Of a stretch of 64,000 nt of DNA, positions 29,445-39,184 are shown in pieces. The stretch is from an uncultured Chloroflexia bacterium (GTDB taxonomy: Bacteria; Chloroflexota; Limnocylindria; Limnocylindrales; CSP1-4). Location: positions 1,017,729 to 1,081,728 of the forward strand of contig CAVRAX010000001.1 in the NCBI GenBank assembly GCA_963719145.1, in the 5' to 3' direction. The notes beneath the pieces are model-generated. The model saw nothing but the letters and a program-made list of their open reading frames with translations. It was not told the origin of the DNA and searched no databases. How positions within the stretch are numbered: the stretch's first letter is position 1; every line of letters starts with the position of its first letter. Both the position numbers and the translations under genes were made by a program.

Positions 29445-30491
29445 ATGGCCCGCTCAGGTGCAGGAGAGGCGGCGGCTCGTCGCACGCCCGGCTCGCACCG
29501 CCGGCCCGTCGCCCGCTGGAGGGTTTGCCTCCTGACGGCCGCCGGGGCGATGCTGGCAGCGGCCGCGTGGGCTCCGGCCGTCGCAGCGCCGTCGGCGTCG
29601 CCGACGGCGCCGGGGTCGCCAATGGTCTCGCCGGACACCGGGCCGACCCTCCCGCCGCCCGAGAACGACCTTGGTCTCGAGGCCTGGCTCGACGAGCCGG
29701 TGACGATCGACGCGCCGGCCGGAGCGAGCGTCCGCGTGGGGGCGTTCATCTGGTCGAGCCGGGAGGCTCAACCCGTGCACAACGTGACTCTCCGGGTCCG
29801 GCTCCACCCGGCGAGCGGCGGGGCGCAGCCGTCGGTTGCCTATGCGGTCGAGGACTGGCCCGGCCACGTCGTCGCCGAGCTGCCGGCCCCGGTCGGGGGC
29901 GTCGGCGAGCTCGAGATCCTCCTGCCGGGGACGATGTGCGATGCGACGGGGTGCTCGCCCCAGGACACGTCGATCCCGATCTCCGGCGTCGGCCCGCCGA
30001 CCGGGGTCCCGTTGACGGCGATCGCGTCAGCCGTCATCGAGCCGCCCGTCGAGGCGCTCTTCGCCGGGGCGCCTGCGATCTTCGGCGTCACCGTGCAGCC
30101 GCGGATCGCGTGGCCGCCACCCGGAGTGCCGCTCCCGAGCTCGATCTGGCTTCAAGTCCGCGTGCCGCAAGGCCCGACCCTCGACGATGTCGCCGCTCCG
30201 CTCGTCGACATGTCAGCGGGCCGGTTCGCGGCCGACGTCACCTTCGACCGGGCGGGCGAGCTCATCGTCCAGGTTGGGGTGATCGAGGGCGCCGAGGGCA
30301 CCGACCTGTTCAGCACCGCCGTCCGGCGCGTCACGGTCGAAGCGGGCTCGGCGCCGACGCCGGCGGGGGGCGGCGCGGGTGGCGGCGAGACCATGCCCGG
30401 CTGGGCCGTTGTCACGATCGCCGTCCTCCTGGTCGGCGGTCTCGGGCTCGTTGTCCTCGGGCAGCCGAGGGGCCCGACGCGGCGTGGTTGA
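29445..30491 (+). CDS. Exported hypothetical protein with C-terminal TM anchor
   Basis: Signal-like N-terminus, beta-rich body, C-terminal hydrophobic helix and basic tail. Confidence 0.65.
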   Translation: MARSGAGEAAARRTPGSHRRPVARWRVCLLTAAGAMLAAAAWAPAVAAPSASPTAPGSPMVSPDTGPTLPPPENDLGLEAWLDEPVTIDAPAGASVRVGAFIWSSREAQPVHNVTLRVRLHPASGGAQPSVAYAVEDWPGHVVAELPAPVGGVGELEILLPGTMCDATGCSPQDTSIPISGVGPPTGVPLTAIASAVIEPPVEALFAGAPAIFGVTVQPRIAWPPPGVPLPSSIWLQVRVPQGPTLDDVAAPLVDMSAGRFAADVTFDRAGELIVQVGVIEGAEGTDLFSTAVRRVTVEAGSAPTPAGGGAGGGETMPGWAVVTIAVLLVGGLGLVVLGQPRGPTRRG

Positions 30492-30542
30492 GCCCCGATG
30501 CGCACTCGGGACCGCGGTGGAGCCGGGCCGGGCGCGGGATGA

Positions 30543-30950
30543 CTAGCCCGCGAGTCCCTCCGGCGCCCAGCCCGAGACGAGGACGAGCCACAGCGCGACG
30601 AGGTCGATGGCGACCCCGATGCTCAGCCAGGGCTGATAGAAGATCGCCAGGATCGCGAGTGAGGCCAGCGTGCCCACCGCGACGATCGGCGCCCACAGGC
30701 TCCCGGGACCCAGCCCGAACGCCACGAGCGCCGCCAGCGCGTAGGCCGCGATCATCACCGCGATGAGCGCGATCGCGAGGGCCCGCAGCGCGTCGGGTGA
30801 GATGCCGATCGGCGAGAGGGCCCATGACCGCCCGAGCTCGAACGGCCAGTTCGGGCCCTCGGCCGTCTGGGCCGGCGGCGGGGCGAAGAAGAGCAGATGA
30901 ACCGCCCCGTGGGCGAGCAGGAATCCGGCGATGAGCAGCTTGACGGCCAT
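30543..30950 (-). CDS. Membrane protein
   Basis: Four hydrophobic segments, HGAVH motif, GGAGG RBS. Confidence 0.75.
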   Translation of the reverse strand: MAVKLLIAGFLLAHGAVHLLFFAPPPAQTAEGPNWPFELGRSWALSPIGISPDALRALAIALIAVMIAAYALAALVAFGLGPGSLWAPIVAVGTLASLAILAIFYQPWLSIGVAIDLVALWLVLVSGWAPEGLAG

Positions 30951-31067
30951 GTGAACCTCCAGCGCGGGACGCGCCGGGACGCGCCGATCGCGATGGTGGC
31001 CTCGCAACGCGCCGGCAGTTGAGGGCCGAAGGTCAGGATCGACCGATCGATGTCGACCGTTCGCGGC

Positions 31068-31832
31068 TCAGCCGGGATCGTCCGGGGCCACCTCGACGGC
31101 GAAGAGCTTCGGCCTCGTGACGACCGAATCCTGGGTCGCGACCGAGACGTCGACCTCGCCGGGCTTGTCGAGCTCGGGCACGACGGTCTGGATCTCAGCG
31201 TCGGAGGCACGCTGGAACGTGTCGGTGTCGACGCCGCCGAAGCGGACGGACTGGACCCCGCCGAAGTTGGTGCCTCGCAAGGTCACGTCGGTGCCGGCCG
31301 GCCCGTGCGTCGGAGAGACCTCGGTGATCGTGGGCGTCGCGCCCGCGTCCCGCGTCGTGAACAGGATGTCCACGACCTTCCGCAGCAGCGTCCTGAAGGC
31401 GTCCTCCCGGTAGCCGGTCGCAAACGCGATGACGTAGTAGAAGAGGTCCTTCGGCGCGTCACCGGTCGTCTCGTTGGGATTTGCCCCGATCGCCAGGACG
31501 CCGGACTGGAAGACCAGCACCGCGACGATCGCGACGAACCCCCCGACCAGGGGGCGCGCGACGTACCAGGTCCAGTAGCGGCGATCCCAGTCGTAGCGAT
31601 GGTCCTGGACCCCGACGAGCGAGGTCAGGACCCCGCCGACCGCCCCGAACCAGGGCACGGCGGTCGGAATGATCGAAAGACGGGGCGGGACCTCGTATCC
31701 GGCGACCTTCTGGCCGGTCGCGACCAGCCAGCCGACCCAGGCGATGACCACCAGCCAGGCCATGGTGTAGGCGAAGACGAGCTGCCGCTGGCGATCGCCC
31801 GCCGCCAACCCCGAGAGTCGACCACCCGCCAT
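31068..31832 (-). CDS. Membrane protein with C-terminal IPT/TIG domain
   Basis: GAVGG...WYVARPLVG...AFATGY TM module, then PTITEVSPTHGPAGTDVTLRGTNF. Confidence 0.8.
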   Translation of the reverse strand: MAGGRLSGLAAGDRQRQLVFAYTMAWLVVIAWVGWLVATGQKVAGYEVPPRLSIIPTAVPWFGAVGGVLTSLVGVQDHRYDWDRRYWTWYVARPLVGGFVAIVAVLVFQSGVLAIGANPNETTGDAPKDLFYYVIAFATGYREDAFRTLLRKVVDILFTTRDAGATPTITEVSPTHGPAGTDVTLRGTNFGGVQSVRFGGVDTDTFQRASDAEIQTVVPELDKPGEVDVSVATQDSVVTRPKLFAVEVAPDDPG

Positions 31833-31959
31833 CTGCGTGCCTCCCTCCCTCGGCCGGTACATCGGCACCGGCTGTCTCGGAGTCATGGCGCGCGCTCCAT
31901 GTCCGCCGCCCTCGCGGTGTTCGGGAGTGTACGCGCCCGATCCCGAGAGTCCAGTCTCG

Positions 31960-34491
31960 TCAGCCGCGCCGGATCTGGCTGACGATGGAGGGATCCGTGA
32001 TCCGCGCGTCCGCGGCGAGGAGGAACGCCTTGCTCAGGATGATGCTGAGGGTCGGGTCGTCGTCAAACGGCAGGAAGACCCGGTCGGCGGCGCCACCACG
32101 GGCGGGCACGATGCAGAGATACGTGTCCGACGGCTCCATGAGGATGTTGCCGCTGCCGAGGTGGATCCGGTACGTCCTGAGGTCGCCGCGGACGACGAGC
32201 CAGCGGTCCTCGAGGGCCAGCCGGTCGGCGATCGCCAGCCCCGGCAGCATCCGCTCGAGGGCGTCGCGCCGGACGATCGAGGTCGCCGTCAGGTCGCCGG
32301 TCCAGTAGCCCGCCCAGTAGCCGTCGAGCGGCGGGACCTCGCGGCGGCCGCCGTCCTGCCAGTTCCGATCCGCCCCGACCGAGGTCACCGACACGAACAG
32401 GTCGACGTCGCGCATCGCCTCGGAGAAGACGATCGCCGGCACGTCGGCGACTGGGACGACTTCCTCCGGCGCGCGCGGCGGGCCCGGTCGGAGGAACCGC
32501 ACCTGGTCCGTCGTGCAGTGCTGGACGGTCTCGGCGCCGAACTCCGCTTCGAGCTGGCCGTGCCAGAACTCGGCCCGGATCCCGTGGCTCGGGAAGTCGT
32601 GCTTCGCAACCCCGGTGTCGCCGCCGTCGAACGGGCCGAGGAAGTTCGAGCCCCAGCGCCGGGCGGTCATCAGGGCCCGGGCCTGCGGGTAGCGGAGGAT
32701 GTGGGCCGCGAAACGGTTCGAGTAGCGGCCGGTCTCGGCCTCGGCCGCGGTCGCGATGTAGACCTCGCGGAAGGCCTGCTTGAAGGGCTGCCGGATCCGG
32801 GCCTCGAGGAGGCGGGCCCGCCAGGCCGCGATGAGTGGCTCCGGGGCATGGATCGGATGCCACAGCCGGACCCGGGCGTCCTCGCCCGGCTCGAACGCGG
32901 TGCCGTCCGCGGTCTCGAGGCCCCCCGTGGCGGGGATCGCGGTCACCTCGCCACCGCTCTCGCCGTCGCCGTCGACGAACGTCCAGATGAGCCGCCGGCC
33001 GATCGTCCCGGTCAGCGGGTGGTCGAGGTAGCGGGCCCGCCAGTCGCTGATCGACCACTCGCGATCCTCGACGAACAGGTCCTCGATCCGGCCACGCTCG
33101 ATCCCCAGGCCCTTGCGGAGCTCCTTGAGCTCGTCCTTGACCCGCGTCACGGCGGCCTTGTTCGCCGCCGCGACGGCGGCCGGCGGCCGGGGGCTCACTC
33201 GACCGTCCGGGCCGCGCCAGGTGAGGGTGGCCTCGTCGCCCTCGACGGCCATGACGGCGACGTGGTCGCCGACCGGGATCTCGCGGCGGCCGTCGGGATC
33301 GAGGCCGTGGTCCGGCACGGCGAGCTCGAGCAGCTCCGAGGCGGTCAGACCCGCACGCTCGGCGGCCGCCTCGAGGGCCCGGGCAATCTGTTTCGAGACA
33401 TTCCGGTTCGTGACCTTCGCCTTGAGCCGGCCCAGGGCGGCGAAGGCCGCCGCATCGTCGAGCGAGCCGAGGGCGGCGGCCGCGGCATTGGCGAGACGCT
33501 CGTCGCGGGCCACGTTGTCGCCCCGGGCGCTCGTGCCGAAGTGGAGGCCGATCGTCGTCAGGGCGTCCACGGCCCAGGGCTCGGCGAGGATCGCCGACGC
33601 CCAGATCGCGCCGCGCAGGACGATGACGTTCTGGTCCCCGAGCGGCGGGGCCGCAACGACGAGATCCTCGCCACCGACGTGATAGACGGTCGGTGCTCGG
33701 AGTGTCTCCGACCCCGGCGCCTCGGCCAGCATCTGGTGGAGGAGGAGCCCGGCACCGTGGGCCCGGATGGCGTCAGCGGCTCGCTTCCGCCAGGCGCCGG
33801 TGGGGGTGACGGAGGTGACGAGCCCGAGCGCGGCCAGGAGTGGCGCCAGCTCGGCCTCCAGGCCGGAGGTCCTGGCGGCCCACACCTTGCCCCACGTGTC
33901 GGTCGCGTCGAAGAGGTTGGGGTCGATGCCCGCGCCGCCGGCCTCGAGCAGGGCGACGAATCGGCCCCTGTACTTCGCCGCCTGGCCCCGCGAGTACTGC
34001 TCGAATCTCCCGAGGCCGTCGATCACCACGGAGATCGGACCGGCGAGCTCGCCGAGGCCCCCCGCCTCGACCGCCCGCTCCGTCGCGGCCAGCGGCTGCC
34101 CCACGAGCGAGATGACGAGCCACTCCTCGTGATGCTCCATCTCTGACAGGGCGGTCGCGAGCATCTCGAGGAGCAGCTCGGCGTCGTCGCGGGCCCACGG
34201 CAGGCGGCGGCCGCCGAGCGACCGCAGGACGTTGATCGCGACGTAGGCCCGGGTCGGTCGATTCGCGGCCCCCCGCAGCCGTTGGATCAGCGAGGGCCGC
34301 TCGATGGCCCGCGCGAAGAGGGCGACGACCACCGAACAGAGGATGTCGGGTGGCAGGCGCCTGAGCTCGGCGACCTCGGGCCGCCTCGAGACGGTGTACG
34401 GGGTGGTCTCGGCGGCGTCGATGGCGAGGTCCACGCGCTCGCCGGCGCGGGCGAGATGTCCGGCGAGGACCGCGAGCGTCGAGTCGCTCAT
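31960..34491 (-). CDS. DUF4132-domain protein
   Basis: W...YLDHPL...RRLIW, RLWHP, W......IRQPFKQAFREVY, SNRFA, FSEAMRDVDLFVSV, RTYRIHLGSGNI, YLCIVP. Confidence 0.85.
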   Translation of the reverse strand: MSDSTLAVLAGHLARAGERVDLAIDAAETTPYTVSRRPEVAELRRLPPDILCSVVVALFARAIERPSLIQRLRGAANRPTRAYVAINVLRSLGGRRLPWARDDAELLLEMLATALSEMEHHEEWLVISLVGQPLAATERAVEAGGLGELAGPISVVIDGLGRFEQYSRGQAAKYRGRFVALLEAGGAGIDPNLFDATDTWGKVWAARTSGLEAELAPLLAALGLVTSVTPTGAWRKRAADAIRAHGAGLLLHQMLAEAPGSETLRAPTVYHVGGEDLVVAAPPLGDQNVIVLRGAIWASAILAEPWAVDALTTIGLHFGTSARGDNVARDERLANAAAAALGSLDDAAAFAALGRLKAKVTNRNVSKQIARALEAAAERAGLTASELLELAVPDHGLDPDGRREIPVGDHVAVMAVEGDEATLTWRGPDGRVSPRPPAAVAAANKAAVTRVKDELKELRKGLGIERGRIEDLFVEDREWSISDWRARYLDHPLTGTIGRRLIWTFVDGDGESGGEVTAIPATGGLETADGTAFEPGEDARVRLWHPIHAPEPLIAAWRARLLEARIRQPFKQAFREVYIATAAEAETGRYSNRFAAHILRYPQARALMTARRWGSNFLGPFDGGDTGVAKHDFPSHGIRAEFWHGQLEAEFGAETVQHCTTDQVRFLRPGPPRAPEEVVPVADVPAIVFSEAMRDVDLFVSVTSVGADRNWQDGGRREVPPLDGYWAGYWTGDLTATSIVRRDALERMLPGLAIADRLALEDRWLVVRGDLRTYRIHLGSGNILMEPSDTYLCIVPARGGAADRVFLPFDDDPTLSIILSKAFLLAADARITDPSIVSQIRRG

Positions 34492-34500
34492 CGGCCTCGG

Positions 34501-34893
34501 TCAGCCCCCGACGAGCGGCAGCAGCTTGACGAACGCCACGTCCATCGCGTCGAAGGTCGAGATCTCGGCGTCGAGCTCGGTCACCTGCTTGCGGTTGACG
34601 AGAACGAAGAAGCTGTTGTGCTGGAAGGCCGCGATCGCGACCCCCGCCTGGCGCTCCCAGTCGATCCGGTGCGGCGAGGCGAGCCGGTAACCATCAGCCG
34701 AGACCTCGGCGCCCTCGGGCTGGACGAACCCCCTGAACTCGGCCGTCGGGCGGAGGTTGTAACGGGCGACCTCCTCGCGGACGCGAAGGCGAATCAGGTC
34801 CCGCAGGGTGATGCGCTCGGGCACGTTCGGAAGCTCGATGTCGCCGGTCGGCCGGCCGGTGCTCGTTCGATCCTCGATCCGCAGCGTCGTCAT
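34501..34893 (-). CDS. Ubiquitin/MoaD-like protein with C-terminal di-glycine
   Basis: ITLRDLI...FFVLVN.KQV.ELD...DVAFVKLLPLVGG-stop; 9 bp upstream of the DUF4132 gene. Confidence 0.75.
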   Translation of the reverse strand: MTTLRIEDRTSTGRPTGDIELPNVPERITLRDLIRLRVREEVARYNLRPTAEFRGFVQPEGAEVSADGYRLASPHRIDWERQAGVAIAAFQHNSFFVLVNRKQVTELDAEISTFDAMDVAFVKLLPLVGG

Positions 34894-35149
34894 GGGTGAT
34901 CGCCCTCGTCTGCGTCGACTCTACCCATCAGCCCCAAGCGGCGCCAGGCAAGTGGGCGCGCGATGTCGTCGGAGCCGCAGGGACGTCTCGCAGGTCGAGA
35001 GCACCAGGGCCAGCGGCCCTCTTCGTCGAGCGCGTCGGCGCTCGGCCCAGGCGCGACTCGATTGGCGCGAGGCGGACATGGTGGGGCTCATGCGCCAGCT
35101 CGGCGCGAGCCCGGGTCCGGGCGGCCACGGCGACTGAAGGAGCGGCGGT

Positions 35150-36364
35150 CTACTCGAGGCCCAGTGTCTCGACCAGGAGATAGGTCGTCAGCGTTCCGAG
35201 GCCCTTGACGTCGACCTCGCGGGTCTCGTACTCGTGGGTCCCGCCGAGGAGCTCGCGGGTCGACGCCGCCAGGTGGATCCGCCCGGGCACGCCCGATGAC
35301 TCCATCCGCGATGCCGTGTTCACCGTGTCGCCCCACAGGTCGAACAGGATCCTGCGCTCGCCGATCACGCCGCCCACGACCGGCCCGCTGGCGATGCCGA
35401 CCCGGAGGCGCAGGTCGAGGTCGTTCGCCGATCGCCAGCCCTCGGCCGCGGCCAGGATCGCCTGGCTGAAGCGGACACCGATCTCGGCGTGATCCGGCCG
35501 GTCGACCGGCGCGCCGGCCGCCGCCATGTACGCGTCGCCGACGGTCTTGATCTTCTCGGCCCCGACTGCCGCGGCTGCCGCATCGAACCGGCTGAACAGG
35601 TCGTCCAGGAGCGCGACGACGCGGGCGGGGTCGGTCTTCTGCGCCCATGGCGTGAATCCGGCGATGTCGGCGAAGACGACCGTCGTCTCCGGGTAGAGCT
35701 CGGCGATCCGGGCCTCGCCGTGCTTCAACCGGCTCGCGATGGAGGCCGGGATGGCGTTCGTCAGCAGCTCCTCCGAGCGGGCCTCCGCGGCGCGCCGGCG
35801 GAGGTCGGTGTAGCGCAGCAGAAGGAAGGCGATCGTCAGTGGCGCCGCGACGTTCTGGGCATAGAAGGCGAGCTGGACCGCGTACGGTGGTGGATCGACG
35901 AGCCCGCGGACGAGCGGATCCGTCACCACGGCGAGGCCGAGTGTCGCCAGGAAGACGAAGAACCACGGGGTCGCCCGGCGCGGGCCGACGGCGAGGAGGG
36001 CGTAGGCCGGACCGACGAAGGCCCAGACGAGGCCGGCGCTGCTCGAGGTCACTCCGCCGCCGAGGATGTTGGCGGCGAGCACGAACGGCGGACCGAACAC
36101 CAGCAGGAGGGTGACGTAGCGCTCGAAGCGCCCGGTTCTGGCCAGCAGGACGAGGTTGGCGGCGCTGAAGGCCGAGAACGCGCCGGTGATGAGCCAGGCG
36201 AGTGGCTCGCTCGGGGCCTCGAGCGGGAGGCCGAGCGGGGCGACGATCGTCAGATAGCCGGCGATGACCCCGACGCGCTTCCGCAACCGGGTGCCGTCGT
36301 CGTCGGCCGGGTGGTCGGCGATCGAGACGAGGCGCGCGACGATCTGCCTGAGCCCGGCCGTCAC
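35150..36364 (-). CDS. Membrane-bound class III adenylate/guanylate cyclase
   Basis: About 6 TM; FADIAGFT, KIKTVGDAYM, FDLWGDTVNTASRMES. Confidence 0.92.
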   Translation of the reverse strand: MTAGLRQIVARLVSIADHPADDDGTRLRKRVGVIAGYLTIVAPLGLPLEAPSEPLAWLITGAFSAFSAANLVLLARTGRFERYVTLLLVFGPPFVLAANILGGGVTSSSAGLVWAFVGPAYALLAVGPRRATPWFFVFLATLGLAVVTDPLVRGLVDPPPYAVQLAFYAQNVAAPLTIAFLLLRYTDLRRRAAEARSEELLTNAIPASIASRLKHGEARIAELYPETTVVFADIAGFTPWAQKTDPARVVALLDDLFSRFDAAAAAVGAEKIKTVGDAYMAAAGAPVDRPDHAEIGVRFSQAILAAAEGWRSANDLDLRLRVGIASGPVVGGVIGERRILFDLWGDTVNTASRMESSGVPGRIHLAASTRELLGGTHEYETREVDVKGLGTLTTYLLVETLGLE

Positions 36365-37554
36365 GCGCTCAGCTCCTGCTCGAGCGGGGTGCGGAAGCGG
36401 GGAGCGAAGCGCAGGTCGCCGAGCCAGTCCTGGAGCGTGGCCGCCCGGGCGGCGACGAGCGCGGCCGCCTCGCTGCCGACGTCCTCGAGCAGCCGGAAGG
36501 CGATCTCACCGTCGCGGCGCTGGGCCCAGCCACCCACGACCCTGCCGTCGAGCATGATCATGGGGCCGGCGTTGCCGTTCGTGTCGAAGACGCGCTTGCC
36601 ATGCTCCCCGAGGTACCAGGCCCGTTCCTGCCAGCCCATGATCGTCGGATCGAGGGCCGGCAGCAGGGCGACCCACGGGCCGGCCGGCGGGACCACCGGC
36701 TCGAGGTCGTCGGCCAGGAGATAGCCGGTGGCGCCGCCATCGAGCTCGACCTCGACCGGCCCGAGCCCCGCCAGCGCCCGCTTCACCATCGCCACCGTCC
36801 AGCCGGTCCACCATTGGATGTCCTTGCGCGTCCCAGGGCCGAACGTCCTCAGCCAGCGGCGCAGCAGGTCGACGCGGGCCGGTTCTGGCGGCATGAGCGG
36901 CAGGCCGCCCAGGACCCAGCGATCTATCGGCGCCCAGCGGTAGAGGCTCGAGACGAGCGTCCCTTTCGGCCGGCCGCGGATGATCCGACCCTCGGCCGCC
37001 AGCAGGAACAGCAGGCGGGTCGCGACGCCGACCTGGCCTTGCCACTTCTTCCCGGCCCCAAAGGGGATCTGGGCGCGGAGACCCTCGACTCGCTTCGTCA
37101 GGTCGGCGGCCGTCGCCTCGCCCAGGTGGTAGAGGGCCTCGACGGTCTCGGCCTCGACGCCGGCCAGCCAGCGCTCGCCGTTCTCGGCGATGCCGGCGTC
37201 CTGGATCATCCGCACGAGTCGCTTCCGCTCGCCCTTGGCGATCGTCTCCGTGCAGGCTGCCTGGACGATCCCGGCGACCTCGATCGGCACGACGAACATG
37301 GTCCGCCGCATGCCGAGGATCTTGAGCAGGCAGCGGTCGTCGTAGAGGGCCCGGTCGAGGTCTCCCGTCGTGAATCCGTGGACGCGCGCCCACGCGGCGA
37401 TGTAGACCGAGACCGGATCGGACCCGTGCAGCCCGATGAGGTCGGCCGCCGCCTCGATCGACGTCGACGTCAGTGCCGACGGCACGAGGTGATGGCGGAG
37501 CCCGAGCCGGGCTCGCCGCTCGGCGGCCTTGATCCTGGGTCGTGCGTCCGTCAC
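36361..37554 (-). CDS. AlkZ/YcaQ (HTH_42) family DNA glycosylase-like protein
   Basis: GLHGSDP, MRRTMF, WLRTFGPGT..DIQWWTG, LLPALDP, DGRVVGGW. Confidence 0.88.
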   Translation of the reverse strand: MTDARPRIKAAERRARLGLRHHLVPSALTSTSIEAAADLIGLHGSDPVSVYIAAWARVHGFTTGDLDRALYDDRCLLKILGMRRTMFVVPIEVAGIVQAACTETIAKGERKRLVRMIQDAGIAENGERWLAGVEAETVEALYHLGEATAADLTKRVEGLRAQIPFGAGKKWQGQVGVATRLLFLLAAEGRIIRGRPKGTLVSSLYRWAPIDRWVLGGLPLMPPEPARVDLLRRWLRTFGPGTRKDIQWWTGWTVAMVKRALAGLGPVEVELDGGATGYLLADDLEPVVPPAGPWVALLPALDPTIMGWQERAWYLGEHGKRVFDTNGNAGPMIMLDGRVVGGWAQRRDGEIAFRLLEDVGSEAAALVAARAATLQDWLGDLRFAPRFRTPLEQELSA

Positions 37555-37589
37555 CCAGCGGAGGGTAGCGCGCGCCGGGCGAGGCCTCG

Positions 37590-37830
37590 GACGCGGACGT
37601 AGACAACCGTCGCCGCGAGGAGCGCCGCGAGGGCGACGCTCGTCGCGCGGTGAGTCCGCTCGCCCGCGAGGAATCGACCCAGGAGCCCGCCGGCCGCCCA
37701 GACCGGGGCGCCGACGAAGATGACCATCGCGACGACCGAGGTCACGGCCCAGCATTCGACGTGGAGCAGGGTCTCGCCGCGGAAGGCGAGGACGTCGCCG
37801 ACGATCCCGCCTTGGCCTCGAAGCTGCGAC
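37590..37830 (-). pseudogene. Probable LysE/RhtB translocator C-terminal remnant
   Basis: VWAAGGLLGRFL..ERTHR..SVALAALLAATVV with no start or N-terminal half. Confidence 0.4.
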
Positions 37831-37889
37831 CCTGACGCGGCATCATTGGGGCAGGCGCGTCGCGTCGACGGGAGGGAGCGGTCGGACGG

Positions 37890-38672
37890 ATGACGGAAGA
37901 CCAGGTCTGGGCCTGCAGCGCCTGTCGCACGATCGATCCGCGTCGAGCGGAGCGCTGCTATCGCTGCCACACGCCGCGCGCCGTCGTCGCCGTGAAGCCG
38001 AGCGAGATGCCAGTGACCGAGGCGCCGCCTCCGCCGAGGGTGGTGGGCACGTACCGAAGCTCGGAGGGCCGGGCGGTGATCGTCACGCTCGCGACGGTCC
38101 TGTTCGTCCTGAGCGCGACGGTCGCGAGCTGGCTGGTCTGGTCGATCGGTGACCTGCGGGCCGCCGGCGAGGCGGCAAAGGCCGACGAGCTCCTCTCGGA
38201 TCGCCTGCCGCTCCTCGCGGCCGCGCCGATCCTCGGGTTGGTGGCGCTCGTCCTGTATGCGGCCTGGATCAGCCGGGTCGTCGACAACCTGCCGGCGCTC
38301 GGTGCCGGCTACTCCAGCGTCGGCGCGACGATGGCCTGCTTCGAGCCGCTGATCCCTGGGCTCAACCTCTACGCCCTGCCGGCGAGGGCCGGCGAGGTCA
38401 TCAGGAAGATGGAGACCGGAAGCCGCGGCCTGGCCCTGATCGGGCTCGGCTGGATCCTCGGCTTCGGGCCGGTTGCGATCGGGGCCTGGGTCCTGAGATT
38501 CGGCCGCTTCACCGAGACGGGCGCCGAGCTCCTCCGAACCATCGGCCTGACCCTCCTCGCGATGTTCGCGTTCCAGGCGACTGCCCTGGTCATCGGCCTG
38601 TTCGTGATCTGGCACGTCGAACGGCTGTGCCGCGCCCGAGCGACGGCGGCGCGGCAGGATCGGGCCGCATGA
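37890..38672 (+). CDS. DUF4328-like membrane protein with N-terminal RanBP2-type zinc finger
   Basis: WACSAC...CYRC; WISRVVDNL..LG, IPGLNLY. Confidence 0.75.
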   Translation: MTEDQVWACSACRTIDPRRAERCYRCHTPRAVVAVKPSEMPVTEAPPPPRVVGTYRSSEGRAVIVTLATVLFVLSATVASWLVWSIGDLRAAGEAAKADELLSDRLPLLAAAPILGLVALVLYAAWISRVVDNLPALGAGYSSVGATMACFEPLIPGLNLYALPARAGEVIRKMETGSRGLALIGLGWILGFGPVAIGAWVLRFGRFTETGAELLRTIGLTLLAMFAFQATALVIGLFVIWHVERLCRARATAARQDRAA

Positions 38673-39118
38673 CGAGCGATCTCGACGTCTTCTTTTACGG
38701 CCTCTTCATGGACCCGGATCTCCTTGCCTCGAAGGGCCTCGATCCGGGCCGCCCCCGGATCGGGAGCGTCGCCGACCTCGAGCTCCGGATCGGCCGGCGG
38801 GCGTCGCTGGTGCCGAGGCCTGGCGCGCGAACGTTCGGCGTCGTGATGCGCCTCGGCCCCGACGAGCTCGAGCGCCTCTACGCCGAGTCGAGCGTCCGCG
38901 ACTACGAGCCGACGACCGTCGTCGTCGAGCTCGAGCGCGGCGGCGCAGTCGAGGCCCGCTGCTACGTCCTGCCTGTCCCGCCGACCGTCGAGGAGCGCAA
39001 CGTGGCGTATGCGGAGCAACTCCGGACCGTGGCGGCCGGCATTGGCCTGCCGGCCGCCTATGTCGAGTCGATCGGCGGTCGATCCGGGCCACCGGCTCCC
39101 GGATCGCGTCACACTTGA
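38669..39118 (+). CDS. Gamma-glutamylcyclotransferase (AIG2-like) family protein
   Basis: VFFYGLFMD, GLPAAY. Confidence 0.8.
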   Translation: MTSDLDVFFYGLFMDPDLLASKGLDPGRPRIGSVADLELRIGRRASLVPRPGARTFGVVMRLGPDELERLYAESSVRDYEPTTVVVELERGGAVEARCYVLPVPPTVEERNVAYAEQLRTVAAGIGLPAAYVESIGGRSGPPAPGSRHT

Positions 39119-39184
39119 CTTCCGCGGCGATTGGGCCTTGTATCCGCCTTGCGTCGGTCCGAGCGCGCGGCGAGGAGGGCGCCC

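Noticed and set aside
26774-29749. 991-aa ORF, and similar giants at 31837-34146, 39455-42058 and 48765-51773
   Set aside because: Arg/Pro/Gly-rich off-frame or antisense shadows expected at very high GC; they overlap genes with clear motifs.
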